NCBI GenBank assembly: GCA_017654855.1
Contig: CM030336.1
Span: forward strand, 4,402,001 to 4,466,000
Origin: Podospora anserina
Lineage: Eukaryota
Length of the DNA: 64,000 bases
Direction of reading: 5' to 3'
Of this stretch, positions 1 to 12,722 are shown piece after piece. Numbering within the stretch: position 1 is the first letter of the stretch; each line of letters starts with the position of its first letter. Under the pieces are notes generated by a model that was not told where the DNA came from, ran no database searches, and saw nothing but the letters and a program-made list of their open reading frames with translations. The position numbers and the translations under genes were made by a program.

Positions 1-174
1 GCTTCTCTCGCTTGACAAGACAACATGACTGAACTCGGCTTCACAAACTTGAAATCAAAAGCCATTTCTTCTATTAAATAAACACCAAGGGAAGGAAAAA
101 ACGTTTAAAGACATTACAAACATGGTATCATGACTCATAACAAACCAAGCCCCCTCAAACCCAACCAAGACTCC

Positions 175-1436
175 TCAATCAACATCCTCATCAGCCTCCA
201 CCTTTGCCCCCTCCAACTTCTTCCTCGCCTCCTCCACCATCTTATCCTCATTGACTTTCCCATTCTTCGAGTCCTCCCCGTCCTCCCTTATCTCAACATC
301 ATCCGCCAACGGCGCCCCCTGTTCCCCCTCCAAAGCCCCCGACCTTTTCTTCAACGCCTCAATCGCAGCCGGCTTCAAGCTCCCATCCTCATTGACATCC
401 CCCTTCAGGTGCAGTGTAAACAACACCACCAGGTAAACCTGCTTCGTCTTCTTGTTGCGGAGGACATACCTAAGCTGGTGTAAGCGTTTGACCTTGTTAC
501 TATCAATCGTCGTTTCAGCACTTGCTGCTTTCCCACGGTGCAAGGGGCACAACAAAGTTGAAAAGTGTAAAGCCAAGACAGGTGATAGTTGACAAAAAGA
601 CCCCCCCCCAAAAAAAAACAGACATACCTCAACCCCTGCCCATCCCAATACCTCATAATCCCCAACCCAAACCCAGGCAACCTCAACGCAAACTCCCCAA
701 AGTCAATGTAAGGGTTATAAAAATCAACCGCATACTCCCTCCCATACTCCCAAACCCACCTCTCCAGATTCTCCCCCTTCAACCCCCACTTCATCCTCTC
801 CCTGCCCTCCCGTGGAACCCCCCTCTCAATTCTCCATTTTTCATCCCCCCCTTCCTCAACCCAAATCCCGCCCTTCTTTGGGTCATCCTCCACCCCAGGG
901 CCAACATGCACAGCATTAAAGCTACTCAACCCAACTCCATACAGATACGGCGTGTCAGCGTACGGATCCCCCTCCAACCCGGGATCAACCCACCACTTGA
1001 CAATCCTCATCGCGGCCCCGAACCCAGGCGGGAGTCTGTCACGGATAGGATGGTCAAAGTCATTCCCGAACTGCAAGTCCCCTCCTTTTACACCAATGTC
1101 ATCATCCTCTTCAATCTCCTCCCCTTCATCATCCTCCGCTTCCCCGATCTCGTTCCTGTGTGACTCGTCCCTCTCCGGAGCGTGAAGCTTAAACTTGAAA
1201 GCGATCGAGTACTGGTCATTATTGGATTTGTGCGGCTCCTGCTCAAAATAGGGGGAGGTTCTGGGAGCAGTGGGGGGGACAGAGCGGTGGTGGTTTTGGA
1301 TGCGGACGTTGAGGCTAGCAGAAATCAAATCGGACGAGATGGTGGTTGGGGTGGAAGAGTTGACGTTGACGAGCTGGTGGGTTGACAGGTCGTAGGACGG
1401 CCCGGCTGTGACGCGGAGCACGTATTTGTCTGCCAT
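175..1436 (-). CDS. DUF1769-like (UPF0590-type) conserved fungal protein, 2 exons
   Basis: ATG at 1436 (MADKYVLRVTAGPSY); motifs FGNDFDHPIRDRLPPGF and DFYNPYIDF; GT-AG intron 627..470 joins GQGLR to YVLRNKKT; stop at 175. Confidence 0.75.
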
Positions 1437-1457
1437 TTGTAAGAACCTACACTGCCG

Positions 1458-1574
<117 letters not shown>

Positions 1575-1940
1575 ATGATGATGATGTGGTGTGTTCAAAT
1601 GGTGATGGGTTATTGAAGATGGGGGAGTATTGACTGGCCGTTCAGGGATACAGGCAGTTATTTAACAAACAGAATTGACTGAAAAGCAGCTTGAGTGCAC
1701 CCGTCATCATGGCCGCCCAAAATTAATGACGTCGTCAGGCACTATCAATCGCCCCACATGTGATATTCAGGGACCAGCTCGCGCAGCCAATCAGATCAAG
1801 ACAATTCACGCCAGGTCTGCAGCATCGGGAAACTGACCAACAAGAGACAACTGTTGGCACAGGCTTCTCTATGTATTCAGCGCTCACCTATTACTTAGCA
1901 TATAACAAGCCTACCATATCATACAGTCATCACCAACCAT

Positions 1941-4900
1941 CTACTCCTCATCCTCGGCATCGGTAAAGTACTCAAAGTCCGCGGGCTTGGTCGCCTCCTC
2001 ATCACCCTCATTGTCCTCATCAACAGCCGTCAACACACCCGCAGCCGCCGCCGCTCCGCTTCCGTCGCCACCAGCAGTCGAGGAAGAACGTCCCTGCGGT
2101 ATTTCCCGAGCAGCCTGGGCAGAAAGGCGGAGAATCTCGTTAAGCTCGCTGCCCAATCCCGCCCGGCTACGGGCAGCCTCCATGCTCTGCAGCAATTGCG
2201 TGGCTGACGTCTGGGCACCACCTCGCCCGGCCTGCGCGCCAACCACGGGAGCTCTCTCGGTCGTCACCTTCTTCAGCTTCTCCTCAATCAACGTCTTGGG
2301 CTCGTCGGGCTGCGTGTCGTGGAGCAAGAGGGGGCCACCGGTAGGCTAGAAACACATTAGCACCTATCATAACAAAGAATTGTGCAGACAAACATACCTT
2401 CTTGACGGGCTTGTAACGTCCCGTCGGGAAGCTGATGTACTTGAACTGGCCTGGAAGAACACGAGACATGTTCTCAACCTCGTAGCCAACCTTCTCCTTC
2501 TCCGCCTTCTTCTTGGAGTCGACCGAGCCTTCTCTCTCAGCCCCGGTCTCCTCCTTCTTGTCCTTGGGCTCCTCCGTCTTGGCCTTCTTGTCGTCGTCCA
2601 CATCCATCTTGTCTCCAGCGGCGGGGGCAGGAGTCTTGGCAAGGGTAGGAGTATCAATATCCATGCTCTCACGACGCTGGGCACGCTCCTTCTTCTGAGC
2701 GCGACGCTTGGCCTGTGCCGTGGTGGACAAGATGGCAGTTGCAATGAGCGCCGGCCCCTCCTCGGTCTTGACTTCTTGCTCTGGGGGATAGTCAAACAGG
2801 CTCGGGCGAGTGTTGCAGTGAAATTTGAAGCTGGGGATCTCGAGGTCGTGATCAAGTCCGATGATGGAGGTGGGCACGAAGCTCAGCGACAGGAAGTGGG
2901 TGAAGGGGAACCAATACCAGTACTGCGTGAAGACGGCCATGCCCACAATGCCGGGCATGTTGAGGTTGCCAGTCTGCGTCTGGAGACCAACCGAGCAGTT
3001 GCGGCCGCCAGCATCCAGAATACCCATGGCAACGGCGGCACCAAACTTGGTCATGGCATCCTCATGACGATCGCCAACAACCTTCTTGAGAGTCTTTCTG
3101 ATGGCGGCAACCTTGGGGTTCATGACCTCGTTCTGCTGAATCATGATCATGGACAGGGCGATCAGGGCGCCCTGGCGGACAAAGTCGGTAGGATCCTTCA
3201 TCATGGGCTCGAGCAGGTCAATGGCCTCATCCAGACCGGTGCCGGCGCATGAGATACCCAGAGCCATGGCGGAGCCGTACCGGACGTGAGGGTTGTAGGA
3301 TTCAGCAAGGAGCTCCACCATCCGGGGAACACTTCCGGGCTTGCGGAAGAGGATGAAACCAAGAGACATGACGGCGATACGGCGCACATCGTCGTTCACG
3401 TCGCTGACAGCAAGGTGAAGGAGCTTGCGAATGGCCTTGTTGCTTCCAGTACCGCAGTAGGCCATGGCAACCGTGAGCACACCTCCATAGCGCAGCGTCG
3501 GGTCGGGGTCGGCAAGAAGGCCCTCAATCATGACATCGGCATTTTCCTGTTGCCCAAACATGATGAGGGCCATGCCTAGAGCAAGACCGCGGACAATCTT
3601 CTCGTGGGTGGTTTCGTGGGCATAGGTAAACATGGTCTCCACGGCCTTGGCGTTTCCGGTGCCCAACATGATCAAGCCCATGGCCAACCCAACAGCCTCA
3701 CCGTTGAGGGCAGAATCGGCAAAGAGGACCTTGGTAAGATCCTCAAAGATCTGCTCGTCACCCGTGGCCATGCCAGCGATGCCAAGACCCAAGGCACCGC
3801 CGTGCTGGATGACTTCTTCCTCGGCACCGTTGAACTGGCCACGCAGATATTCAAGAGCATCAGCGCCATGGTTGGCGTGGATGAGACCATAGGCGTAAAG
3901 AGCGCCGCCCTGGCTAAAGATGGAGCCACCGCTGCTGACTCCAGTCTGCTTAGGAAGATAGGGCTCCAGCAGCTTGCGGGACTGGGTGATGTTGCCGCGG
4001 TGAATGACACCGAGAGCAGCCGTAGCAGTGAACTTGGACCAGTTGATGGCCTTGCCAAGCCAGTCCAGGTTGTCACGGAAGAATTTGTCGTTGGTGGTGC
4101 CGGCATTCATGAAAGCATTGCAGAAAGTCACAGCCGTGTGGAAGATGGAGTTACGACCTTCCAGGCTGTCCCGGACCTTGTTCAGAATGGTGATGTCTGT
4201 GTGGTTATTGCGATAGAGGAATTCGAGGTTGAGCTTGATCGCCTTGCTGCCATCGAGGATGGAACGAATATTCCTGTAAACCTTGGCCGTCTCCTCGGGG
4301 AGTTGCTCCTCTTCCGAGCCTTCTTGGCTCTCGAGTAGAGCCTCTTCTTCGGCGGGGCCATCCTCGGTCGCAGTCGCTGGGGGCTCGGGCGCTCTTCCGG
4401 ACGGAAGAGACTTGAGCACCTTGCCCAAGAACTCCTGGGTAGCGTTGTCGTAAAGATCAAATGCGATTTGATAAGCAATAGCAATCGAATTCGGGTCGCC
4501 CTTGGTTACTAGTTGCCTAATCATCTTGTCGGCCTCCTCGTCCGAGTCAAGGTGAACCACACACTTGGCGATGGCAAAATAGTCTGGGTTAGGGATCTCG
4601 CTAAGAAGATCCAGGATCAGGCGCAGGATCTCGGTTCTCAGGCCACGCTCCTGGACAATGTCCATGGAGATCTTGAGTAGATAGTCCATGAGCTCCTCGG
4701 CTGGGCTCTGTGTGCTATCCTTGGACTGCTTGCCCTCCTCGCTGGCCCGCTTGATGACCCTCCGGAGAACCTCAAGGTTCTTGGCCTCCACAGCGATACC
4801 AACAACCTGTCTGTATTTTCCCTGCTTCAAGCAGCTCTCAAAGAGACGCTCGATGACATTTTGAAGGGCTTTTTGGGTGCTGCTGTCGGTGATTTGGACG

Positions 4901-5532
4901 ACCGAGTTGGAGCGCCCCTCCTTGGTTGGCTGGAAAGTGGGGTTCAGAATAGTGTTGTCGGTCGAGGCACGCGAGAGGAAAGACTTGGGTGGCAAGGTCG
5001 ACTGGGAGAAGGGCGTGGTTGGCGAGATCAAGGCAGAGCCGTCGATGGAGCCAGTGCCAAAGGTGGTTTCTAGAGAGATGTTGGCCTTGCTCTGTTTCGA
5101 AGGGACATGGCGGGCCGACGAGACGGCAATGTACTGATCGACGCACTTGGAGAGGATAGTCTCCTCGAACTCGCCAGGAGCATCGAAGTTGAACAGGGGC
5201 CCGGCGGCCAAGGCAAAAGTCATGCTCTCATTATAAGCCTGGAGATGGAAATAAACCTTGGCCAAAACGAGGGCAGCGAGGCGACGCTCGGGGAAGGACT
5301 CGTCCTCGTAAAGGGCCTCACTGTGTGGCTCAAAACACAAACGATCAGCTTAGATCGGCAAGGCACAGCGCGGTTGATACACAATCACGTACATTTGACT
5401 CAACGAACTGGCAACCTCGGTCCAAACAGTGTCGATGTCGTCGTTGAGAGTCTTGAGGGCGAAGACCTTGAGCTCGGGCTCCTCGTCAGTGAGAAAAGCC
5501 AACACTCCGCTGGCTGTAACGAGGCCTGGCAT
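1941..5532 (-). CDS. RPN2: 26S proteasome regulatory subunit Rpn2, 3 exons
   Basis: PC repeats (NWSKFTATAALGVIHRG, LLHLAVSDVNDDVRR, QYWYWFP); introns 5392..5321 and 2397..2346 give a continuous frame ending in DFEYFTDAEDEE. Confidence 0.96.
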
Positions 5533-5690
5533 TGTGTCGATGCGCTTCGATGTCGGGGGGGGTGTAGTGATTGTATTTCAATATCTCAGCGAGGATTTCG
5601 CAGATCAAGACTCGAAAGCAAGCTGCGCGCTAAGGGTCGAGATGGATGTTGTGGTGTTGAGAATGTGGTGTTGTTGAAGCTTCGCTGTTT

Positions 5691-5749
5691 GGAGCTTGTT
5701 GTTTGGCAGCGGCGCTTTCCAGGTTGGACTCCAGTCCACGTCAGGAGCT
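5691..5749. promoter_or_regulatory. Two GGAGCT hexamers upstream of RPN2 (possible proteasome-gene element)
   Basis: GGAGCT at 5691 and 5744, 160-220 bp upstream of the ATG; a short motif that could occur by chance. Confidence 0.3.
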
Positions 5750-6879
5750 CTGCCTGCCTGCCTGCCTCGCCCAGGCTTGGCCTTGGGCTTGTTTGGGACA
5801 AGGGCCAAGAGAGGTCAAGGCTGATGTTAGTCAGCGGGTCAGCCAATCAATGGCCAGTTCGGAAGCTTATATTTTGCGTTCCGCCATCTGGTGGTCCATG
5901 CTCCCCCAGCTTTGTCATAAGGCTGGATGGACAGCCAGGGCAGCTGGGGTCGCTGAGTGCGACAGCTGTCCACTGCGACCGGAAACTTTTGTGTTTGTCA
6001 GCTTTTGGCTTTTGGCTGTGACGGGAGCCTCTTGCAGTCAATCAGTCTATATCTCTCTTGTACATCGTAACACTCAACTTCGGTCAGCTCAAGCTGGTGC
6101 AGAGCTGGATGAGTGGATCCTTGAATGTAGACAGCGTGTATCTGTACTGATCTCAGGGCACGCCATTGCCACTGACCTCGTGAGTTGTGCCTCTGGACGG
6201 CATCGATGCCGGAAGCGGGAAAAAACGCACTGTTAGGCCGTGATTTGAGAAATCCCTCCCCCCCCCGACACGAGAGAGCAACAGACATACCGATACCTAC
6301 CGTATGCGCGCGGACGGACCAGGTCCCAGCCCAGCAAGCGACTCCACAATCCACTCGGCGGACCTGCGTTTGGCACAAGGCGTTTGCACACATCAACCTT
6401 TTTCCTAGCTCGCCATCCTCCCCAGCCCCCATGACGCCCATATCGTGATAAACACGCCCGCGCTCCCCTACCTAAATCCCGTCGCCCCGCTCATCCCCTC
6501 CTCCCATCGCCTGTTGCGCCCCATGGCCCGCGTCGCGTGGTGATGTGCGACTGAATCCGAGAGAACGAACTGACGTGTCTGTCTGGCTGCGCATCAAGAG
6601 CAACGACGGAGATGCGATGACCACCAGCTACAGCTACACATCCCGAACCTACCATCCATCCATCCCATTGCTCCTTGGTGCGCGCCCCGAAATCGCGCCC
6701 CGATCCTGTCGCCATCGCCGTTGCCGTCGCATCGCTATTGTCTGGAATAAAGGAACATGCAAGAGACGGGCCATCAGCTGAAGTGAGCGCAGAGAGCAGA
6801 GAGCAGAGAGCAAGGTTGGAAGTAGAGAGAGACGACAGATAAGAACAATCAAGACGTTATATCAGAGCTGTGGTTCAAG

Positions 6880-9561
6880 ATGGATCTCAGGGTCATGCTG
6901 AACGACAATGGGCCTGCTGCCTCGACACCCAGCAAGCCGCCACAACCACCGACACTGCAGCCAGCACCGCAGCACCACCAGCAACAGCACCATCATCAGC
7001 AGCAGATGCATCCACAGCCGACGCTGCCATCGACGCCGATCCAAACAAACCCCCACCAGTCGTTCCGTGACTACGGCCAGCAGCCTCAGCCATCCCCGAG
7101 CCGTCACGTATCGCACGACTACGGCGTCCAACAGCGGGCACCATCGGGCGCCTTCGCATCGCCGCCTCCCTATCCGAGCGCAGGTCCATATGGCGCCGGT
7201 CGACCACCTCCACCATCCATCCAGCCGATGCCAATGCCACCAGCCGAGCTCCGGTCCCCGAGCATGAGCTCCGGGCCCGTCCCGTCCCCGTATCGGCAGA
7301 CACCAGGCTCCTCCTCAATCAGCTCGGCGAGCGGCTACCCTTTCCCACCACAGCAAGCCCCCACCAGCCCTGTGCAACGACACCAGTATACGCCGACCAG
7401 CGCCTACCCCAGAGAAGGCTACGGCCAGCCGACGGGTGTCGCTGGTATGACAGGGCCGCCTTCTTCGTATATGCAAGGATCGCACGTTCCGCAGACGCCT
7501 CCGGTTGGCACTCCGGGCGGGCCACACGCCTATGTCCAACGATCGCACTCGGCCCATTCGACGCCGACACCGACGTCAGCACACAGCCAACCGGCACAAT
7601 ATGGCGCGCCTTTTGTGCAAGGCAGTCCCGTGGCAGCCCCCCATCCGCTTCCGCAGCCGGACCTGCAGCGACAATCCTCGCTGCCACCCACGCCGGGAGG
7701 GGGAGCAGGTGCCGCCCCTCTGTCGACGCGCCCTGCGCAGGTGTCAACAGGGTACGGCCAGCCGACCAGTCCGTACGGACAACGGCTGCCAGCTCCAAGC
7801 TTCCACGGGCACTCGACACCACACACCTCTCCACCACCTCCTCCACCACCTTCCCTGCCCCGGAACTCGAGCGTCCAAAGTTCAGGCCAGCATGACCCAC
7901 ACAGTCGAGACTCAGTAGGCCGGGGCCCACCTTCACACGGTGACAGAGACCGGAGCCTTAGCGTCAGTCCCAAAACTCGAGTCCCCAGTTTGCCAAGAAG
8001 TTCTGGCCGTCCTCGTTCTTCTGTTTCCGACTTTGATTCTCGTATTATTAATCCCCCAATCCATCCGCCACCACCTACCACCACCATGGCCCCGATTGCA
8101 GAACAGGACGCCGCCCGAGACCGCGCCTCGACTCCCGCCAAGCGCAAACTCGCCGAGCGCGAGCTTCGACCCGACGAACTCGAAAACCGCGATACGCGAC
8201 CGCCTCCGCTGCGAGACTCCAGCGGCCGCCCTGCACTCGTCGATGCCGGCGCCGTTCCATTGAATGCGCGACGAGCCATGGTTGCGCCCGAGAAAAAGAG
8301 GAGAAAAGTGTACACACAACCGCCCGTCTGGGCGCAGTCCCAGGACGGCCGTCCACTGCACAAGGCCAACAGCATCTTATTCCACCCCGTCCCCTTCTCC
8401 GGCTCGGTATCTCATCAGACCAACGGCACCAAGACCGAGCCCCAGCCCAGCCGGCAAACATCCCCCGAAGAAAAACGTTCCATCGCCGCTCCCCGAGACC
8501 ACCAGTCGGCACCACTACCACCACCCGGGCCGCCGCAGCCGGATGCTGCCGCGATAGCGTCGGGGCTAGGACCATGGGAACCCAGCATCGTCAACACTGC
8601 TCTTCCCTACGACTCTTGCACAAAACACATTGCCGATTGGCTAACTCATTTCGTCCTCGGCTCACCAGACATCCAAGAGATGGAGGCCAGGGGTGTCAAG
8701 TTTGAGATTGAGGCGAAACTGGGCACAATAATAGACAAGGATACTTCGGAACGTCTTCGCCTACCAATATACACCGAGTGCGTGCTGGAAGAGGGGGAAT
8801 GGGTCAAGTTTCAAAGTAGCATGTCCGAGGTAAATCTTTCGTGCCCCCCCCCCCCCTTACCGCCCTTTCCACCTGCTAACCTGTGTCTTCTTCAGTCTGA
8901 ACACCGCTCCTTCAACGATTTCCTGAACGAGATGGTCAAAGAGACCCACGTGAACCGCACGCGCGTCCCGATCGAATATCTACACCGCCGCGAAATCGAC
9001 CGATTCGTCGAGCTACCTCCCGAGATCCGGGACAGGCACCTGCCCAAGTGCGTGACGAGGCTTGCTGGCCGAAAGCCACCACGGGTGAGGATCACGTACG
9101 AAAAGAAGACGAATCAGGTCTTAGCTCGTATAGTGAAGGCTCGTGTTGCGGACACCAATATTCACTTCCCGCGATCACCGCTAGATTGTCGCATTAGTAT
9201 CAATCTGGAGTGGACGTGGGATGGGCCACCGCAGGTTCTGGATCAGCTGGTGAAGGAGCAGGGCGGGGGGAGTTATCAGAGGGATAAGGACCGGTTGTGT
9301 TATAAGCACCGGTTTTATCAGGTGGATTTGACGCAAGTTATATCACAGGTAAGGTTATGTCGTTATGGCACACTGTGGATTATGCTAACGATTTAACAGA
9401 ACAAGGAGCATGAGTTGGAGGTTGAACTGGATCCGGCCGCGCTGTTTGATCAGGGGAGGAGGGCGATGGATCAGCAGCCAAATCAGTATATGGAATTGGT
9501 GGGCGGGTTGGTGAATAATATCAGGGTGTTGGCGCACAAGGCGGCGGAGTTTCGTAGCTGA
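6880..9561 (+). CDS. CET1: mRNA capping RNA 5'-triphosphatase (Cet1) with long Pro/Gln/Ser-rich N-terminal region, 3 exons
   Basis: Tunnel-metalloenzyme motifs FEIEAKLG, DCRISINLE, RDKDRLCY, QVDLTQV, HELEVEL; PVWAQ guanylyltransferase-binding motif; introns 8830..8895 and 9349..9399. Confidence 0.93.
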
Positions 9562-10153
9562 ACAGTGTATTCGATTGGTAATGTATTTTTTTGGGGGATG
9601 AGGAGGAGGGGCAAGCTTGGTGTTTTGGGATGGGGGATGGGGTTGTGGTAGATACCAGAATTTATGGGATTTGGTCTGAATGTGAACTGCCATCTTCAAT
9701 CTTTGCGAGACATCAAGATCATTTAGATGGCTGATTGTTCTTGGCCTGGCTTTGAGGTCTTTCCCTCTTCCACATCGCCAAAACATCAATATCTTTTAAC
9801 AAAAATTCTATTATCATCTTCTTACTTACATCGTTGCTCCATCCCTGGCGTCAGTCATGATGTGTCTTTTAGTTTTCCCCGATGATAGCTACCGACTTGG
9901 GAACGTCGCATTTCTTACCCCGCGTTGCACCATCCCCATTGCATTACCCCATCCATTCTGCTTGTTTGCCGCCATCACACGCCAGTCTTGCAACATAGGC
10001 TGATGTCACTCTCGGCATATAAACAGATACGTTTGCCCCTTTTCTCCAACTTTTTCTCCTCATCGCTATCTCCAACACATTCTTCGTCTTTCACGTCTGT
10101 TCCCCTGCCACAAACACACTTCACCACTGCTTCACTCTTCCAGTCAAAACACA

Positions 10154-11190
10154 ATGGTCTCCGTCAAAACCGTCGCCGTCCTCGGCGTAAGTTCCTCTGT
10201 CCCCCACTCCCTCACTCTCTTGAAGACTAACGAATCCCCAGGGAACCGGCAACCTAGGCCCCTCCATAGTCCACGAACTCCTCTCAGCAGGCTTCACAGT
10301 CACAGGCCTAACCCGTTTCTCCTCTACCAACTCCACCCCCGCCTACCCCGACAGTGTGACTGTCCACAAAGTCGATTTTGGATCTTTTGACTCCCTTAAG
10401 GATGCCTTTTCAGGCCAGGACGCTGTTGTCTCTGTAGTCGGCAGCCCGGGGGTTTCAGCCCAGAGACTAGCTGTTGACGCTGCTATTGCTGCGGGAGTGA
10501 AGAGGTTTATCCCGAGCGAGTTTGGGGTTAACACGCGGAAGGTGAGGGACAGGCCGATGGGAGCGATACTGAGGGGGAAGGTGGAGGTGGTGGATTATTT
10601 GATTGAGAGAGAGAGAGAGATTGAGTGGACGGGGGTGAGTACGGGGTTGTTTTTTGACTGGGTGAGTTTTTCCACACAACACCATATAGTACAAGTTGTG
10701 GGAAAGGGATGCTGATATTAGGTAGGGTTTGGAGAAGCACGGCTTGAGCACCATCAACCTTGACGATAAAACATCATCGATTGTCGACTCTGGAAACGAA
10801 AAGTTTCAAGTGAGCACGCTTGCGCAGGTGGGCAGGGCGGTTGTCGGGGTTTTGAAGCATCTGGAGGAGACGAGGAATAGGTATCTCGTCACGTCGTCGT
10901 TCCAGGTGTCGCAGAACGAGATTATACAGGCTGTGGAGGAGCTGACGGGTGAGAAGTACCCTGTTGTGAAGAGGGAGAGGGCGGAGGACTTGCAAAGGGC
11001 TGGGGAGGAGAAGCTTGCTGTGGGGGATTATAGGGCTTTTATTGATTTTCTGAGGGCGTATAATAATGCGGATGGGGCAGGGAATGCGGTGGGGGAGGAG
11101 GAGAGTTCGAATGGGTTGGTTGGGTTGGAGGAGGAGGATCTGAGAGAGTGTGTGAGGGGGTGGTTGGTGAGGGCGGGGGTTATTTCCTGA
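10154..11190 (+). CDS. NmrA-like / isoflavone-reductase-family NAD(P)-binding protein, 3 exons
   Basis: Spliced VAVLGGTGNLG Rossmann motif; AAIAAGVKRFIPSEFG; introns 10187..10241 and 10662..10725. Confidence 0.9.
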
Positions 11191-11541
11191 GTTTGTAGAC
11201 GAACGGCAATATGGAGTAATGTTTCTATATCATTAATCTCAGTTTGATCCAGTCTTTGCTGATGGGTCGGAATGGCAGCATAAAGTCAGCCTCATCGTGA
11301 TTCGTATATGCACCACCGCCTTTCAAATCTGCTATGATTCTGCCTTGGCCTTATCCCCCCAACTTTCGCCCCCCCGCTCCTACCCCAAACGAGTATTAGT
11401 AACCCTCGGGATGACCTCACTCTTGTCTTTCGACAACTCCAACTTTTTTACTCGACCAAAACTCACCCAACATTCTTTGTTTTCCCCAGCCAAGCGCTCT
11501 ACATCTTTTACCGCTCAATCCTCACCACTCCCTAGGGTAAC

Positions 11542-12627
11542 ATGGATTACTTCGACCCACCACCACCCTACTCGCCTCCCTCCTGTCCAACCACCCAAAC
11601 CTCACCACCACCACCACCACCACCACCACCAACCTACAACCCCATCTCTATCCCCCCCACACCCCCGAGCAAACCTCCGAGCAAGCCCCCCAGCAAACCC
11701 CCCAGCAAACCCCTCAAAATCCTCTCCCCAAATTCCGAACTCCTCCTCCTCTCCCACCTCCTAAAATCCCACCCCTGGCCCTCCTTCTACGGCCCCCCTC
11801 CCCTATCCCTAACCACCGCCTTATCCATCGCCTCATTATGGGGGAACACCCCCCTCGTGCACTCCCTGCTCTCGACCCACGCCTGTAAGATCCGCGATAC
11901 TGTCCACTCCACAGCCATCCACGCCGCCCTCCGCGGTCCCTCCCCCGAGTTAGCAGTTACCTTATTCCGGTTCTTCGGCCAAGAAGCCTGGATCCTAAAA
12001 GTCAAAACCCAGGATGGGATGACCGCGTTGCATGTAGCAGCCAGGAATGGGGTTCCTGCCGTGGTGATTGAGGAGCTTTTTGCGGGAGTGGGAAAAGAAA
12101 TGCTGGAGGAGCGGGATGGGAGGGGACGGACGGCGTTGCATTTGGCGGGGCGGTTTACCCATCGGGATACTATTCGGGGGTTGCTTAGGTTAGGGGCTGA
12201 CCCAAAAAGGGTGTTGGAGAAGGAAATTTGGGAGGGGGTGGAGCAAAAGGAGAGGTTGGGGGTGCTGGGGTGTTGGGGATTGGTCTATCGGGTGTTGAGG
12301 GAGGAGGTGGATAAGCTAGGGGGACGGTTGGAGGTTGATGAGGCGGTGATGGGGGGGGGTGCTAAACAGGCGGAGAAGGTGGTGGAAGAGGAGGAGGAAG
12401 AAAGGGTGTTGAGTCATGGGAGTTATGCCGGGCCGAGCATGAGCCGGACTGCGATGCCGCTCATGTTGTTTTCGGACGAGTATCAGGCTTGGAAGAGGGG
12501 GTGTGATGCACTACTCCAAGAGTCGAGGGCGCAGAGGGAGAGGGATGGGAGGAATGAGAGCTGGATGTTGGATGTTATGGGGCCGAGGCCGAACGGGGTC
12601 ACGGGTTGGGAGGGAAGATTGAATTGA
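11542..12627 (+). CDS. Ankyrin-repeat protein with Pro-rich N-terminus
   Basis: Ankyrin motifs DGMTALHVAARNG and RGRTALHLAGRF...LLRLGAD; 361-aa single ORF. Confidence 0.8.
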   Translation: MDYFDPPPPYSPPSCPTTQTSPPPPPPPPPTYNPISIPPTPPSKPPSKPPSKPPSKPLKILSPNSELLLLSHLLKSHPWPSFYGPPPLSLTTALSIASLWGNTPLVHSLLSTHACKIRDTVHSTAIHAALRGPSPELAVTLFRFFGQEAWILKVKTQDGMTALHVAARNGVPAVVIEELFAGVGKEMLEERDGRGRTALHLAGRFTHRDTIRGLLRLGADPKRVLEKEIWEGVEQKERLGVLGCWGLVYRVLREEVDKLGGRLEVDEAVMGGGAKQAEKVVEEEEEERVLSHGSYAGPSMSRTAMPLMLFSDEYQAWKRGCDALLQESRAQRERDGRNESWMLDVMGPRPNGVTGWEGRLN

Positions 12628-12722
12628 AAACAGACATCGCTGATTAAGATTTTGGGATTGTTATCCTAGGGTATAACATGTACCAATCATGGCCCGATTG
12701 ATTACTCCTTCTTTGATTCGAT

